Of a stretch of 64,000 nt of DNA, positions 63,931-64,000 are shown piece after piece; position 1 is the stretch's first letter; each line of letters starts with the position of its first letter. Where the stretch lies: assembly GCF_963921235.1 (NCBI RefSeq), contig NC_086105.1:59396001-59460000 (forward strand), given 5' to 3'. Both the position numbers and the translations under genes were made by a program. A model generated the notes under the pieces. It saw only the letters and a list, made by a program, of their open reading frames with translations, was not told where the DNA came from and ran no database searches. Origin of the DNA: Mobula hypostoma. Taxonomy: Eukaryota.

Positions 63931-64000
63931 CCGCAAGGCTTGGGAGCATCACTGAATTACAGCACTCCATCACTCCTTTAATTGTTGAGGGTCTGTATTC

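Noticed and set aside
53240-64000. TMTC3 coding exons
   Set aside because: I looked for the N-terminal CYWNSL..GFVFDD..AI motif and did not find it. The identity rests on synteny only, so no gene symbol is assigned.

Overview
Vertebrate genomic DNA, AT-rich and dense in transposons. The mix of Penelope-like, CR1, Rex1/Babar and tRNA-SINE elements suggests a cartilaginous fish (inference). The main content is the 5' part of CEP290 on the minus strand. It has a putative non-coding exon 1 in a CpG island at about 49.4-49.6 kb, the ATG at 39720, and coding exons matching human exons 2-21 (as I recall the human structure), with the last one running off the left edge. Most exon lengths match human exactly. 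Between the exon 18 and 19 equivalents lies an extra 528-nt, phase 0-0, stop-free exon with good splice sites (11354-11881) that has no counterpart in the human protein as I recall it. It encodes a probably disordered 176-aa insert with several LC8/DYNLL-type (T/V)QT motifs. A second CpG island at about 53.1 kb looks like a divergent plus-strand promoter and first exon, TMTC3 by synteny only; no TMTC3 coding sequence was seen. Introns carry many Penelope-like (GIY-YIG) retroelements whose 3' ends contain minimal type I hammerhead ribozyme motifs (one fully intact), two Gypsy-type solo LTRs with 4-bp TSDs, hAT and Tigger/pogo DNA elements, and nested insertions. Most ORFs in the supplied track are spurious or transposon remnants.
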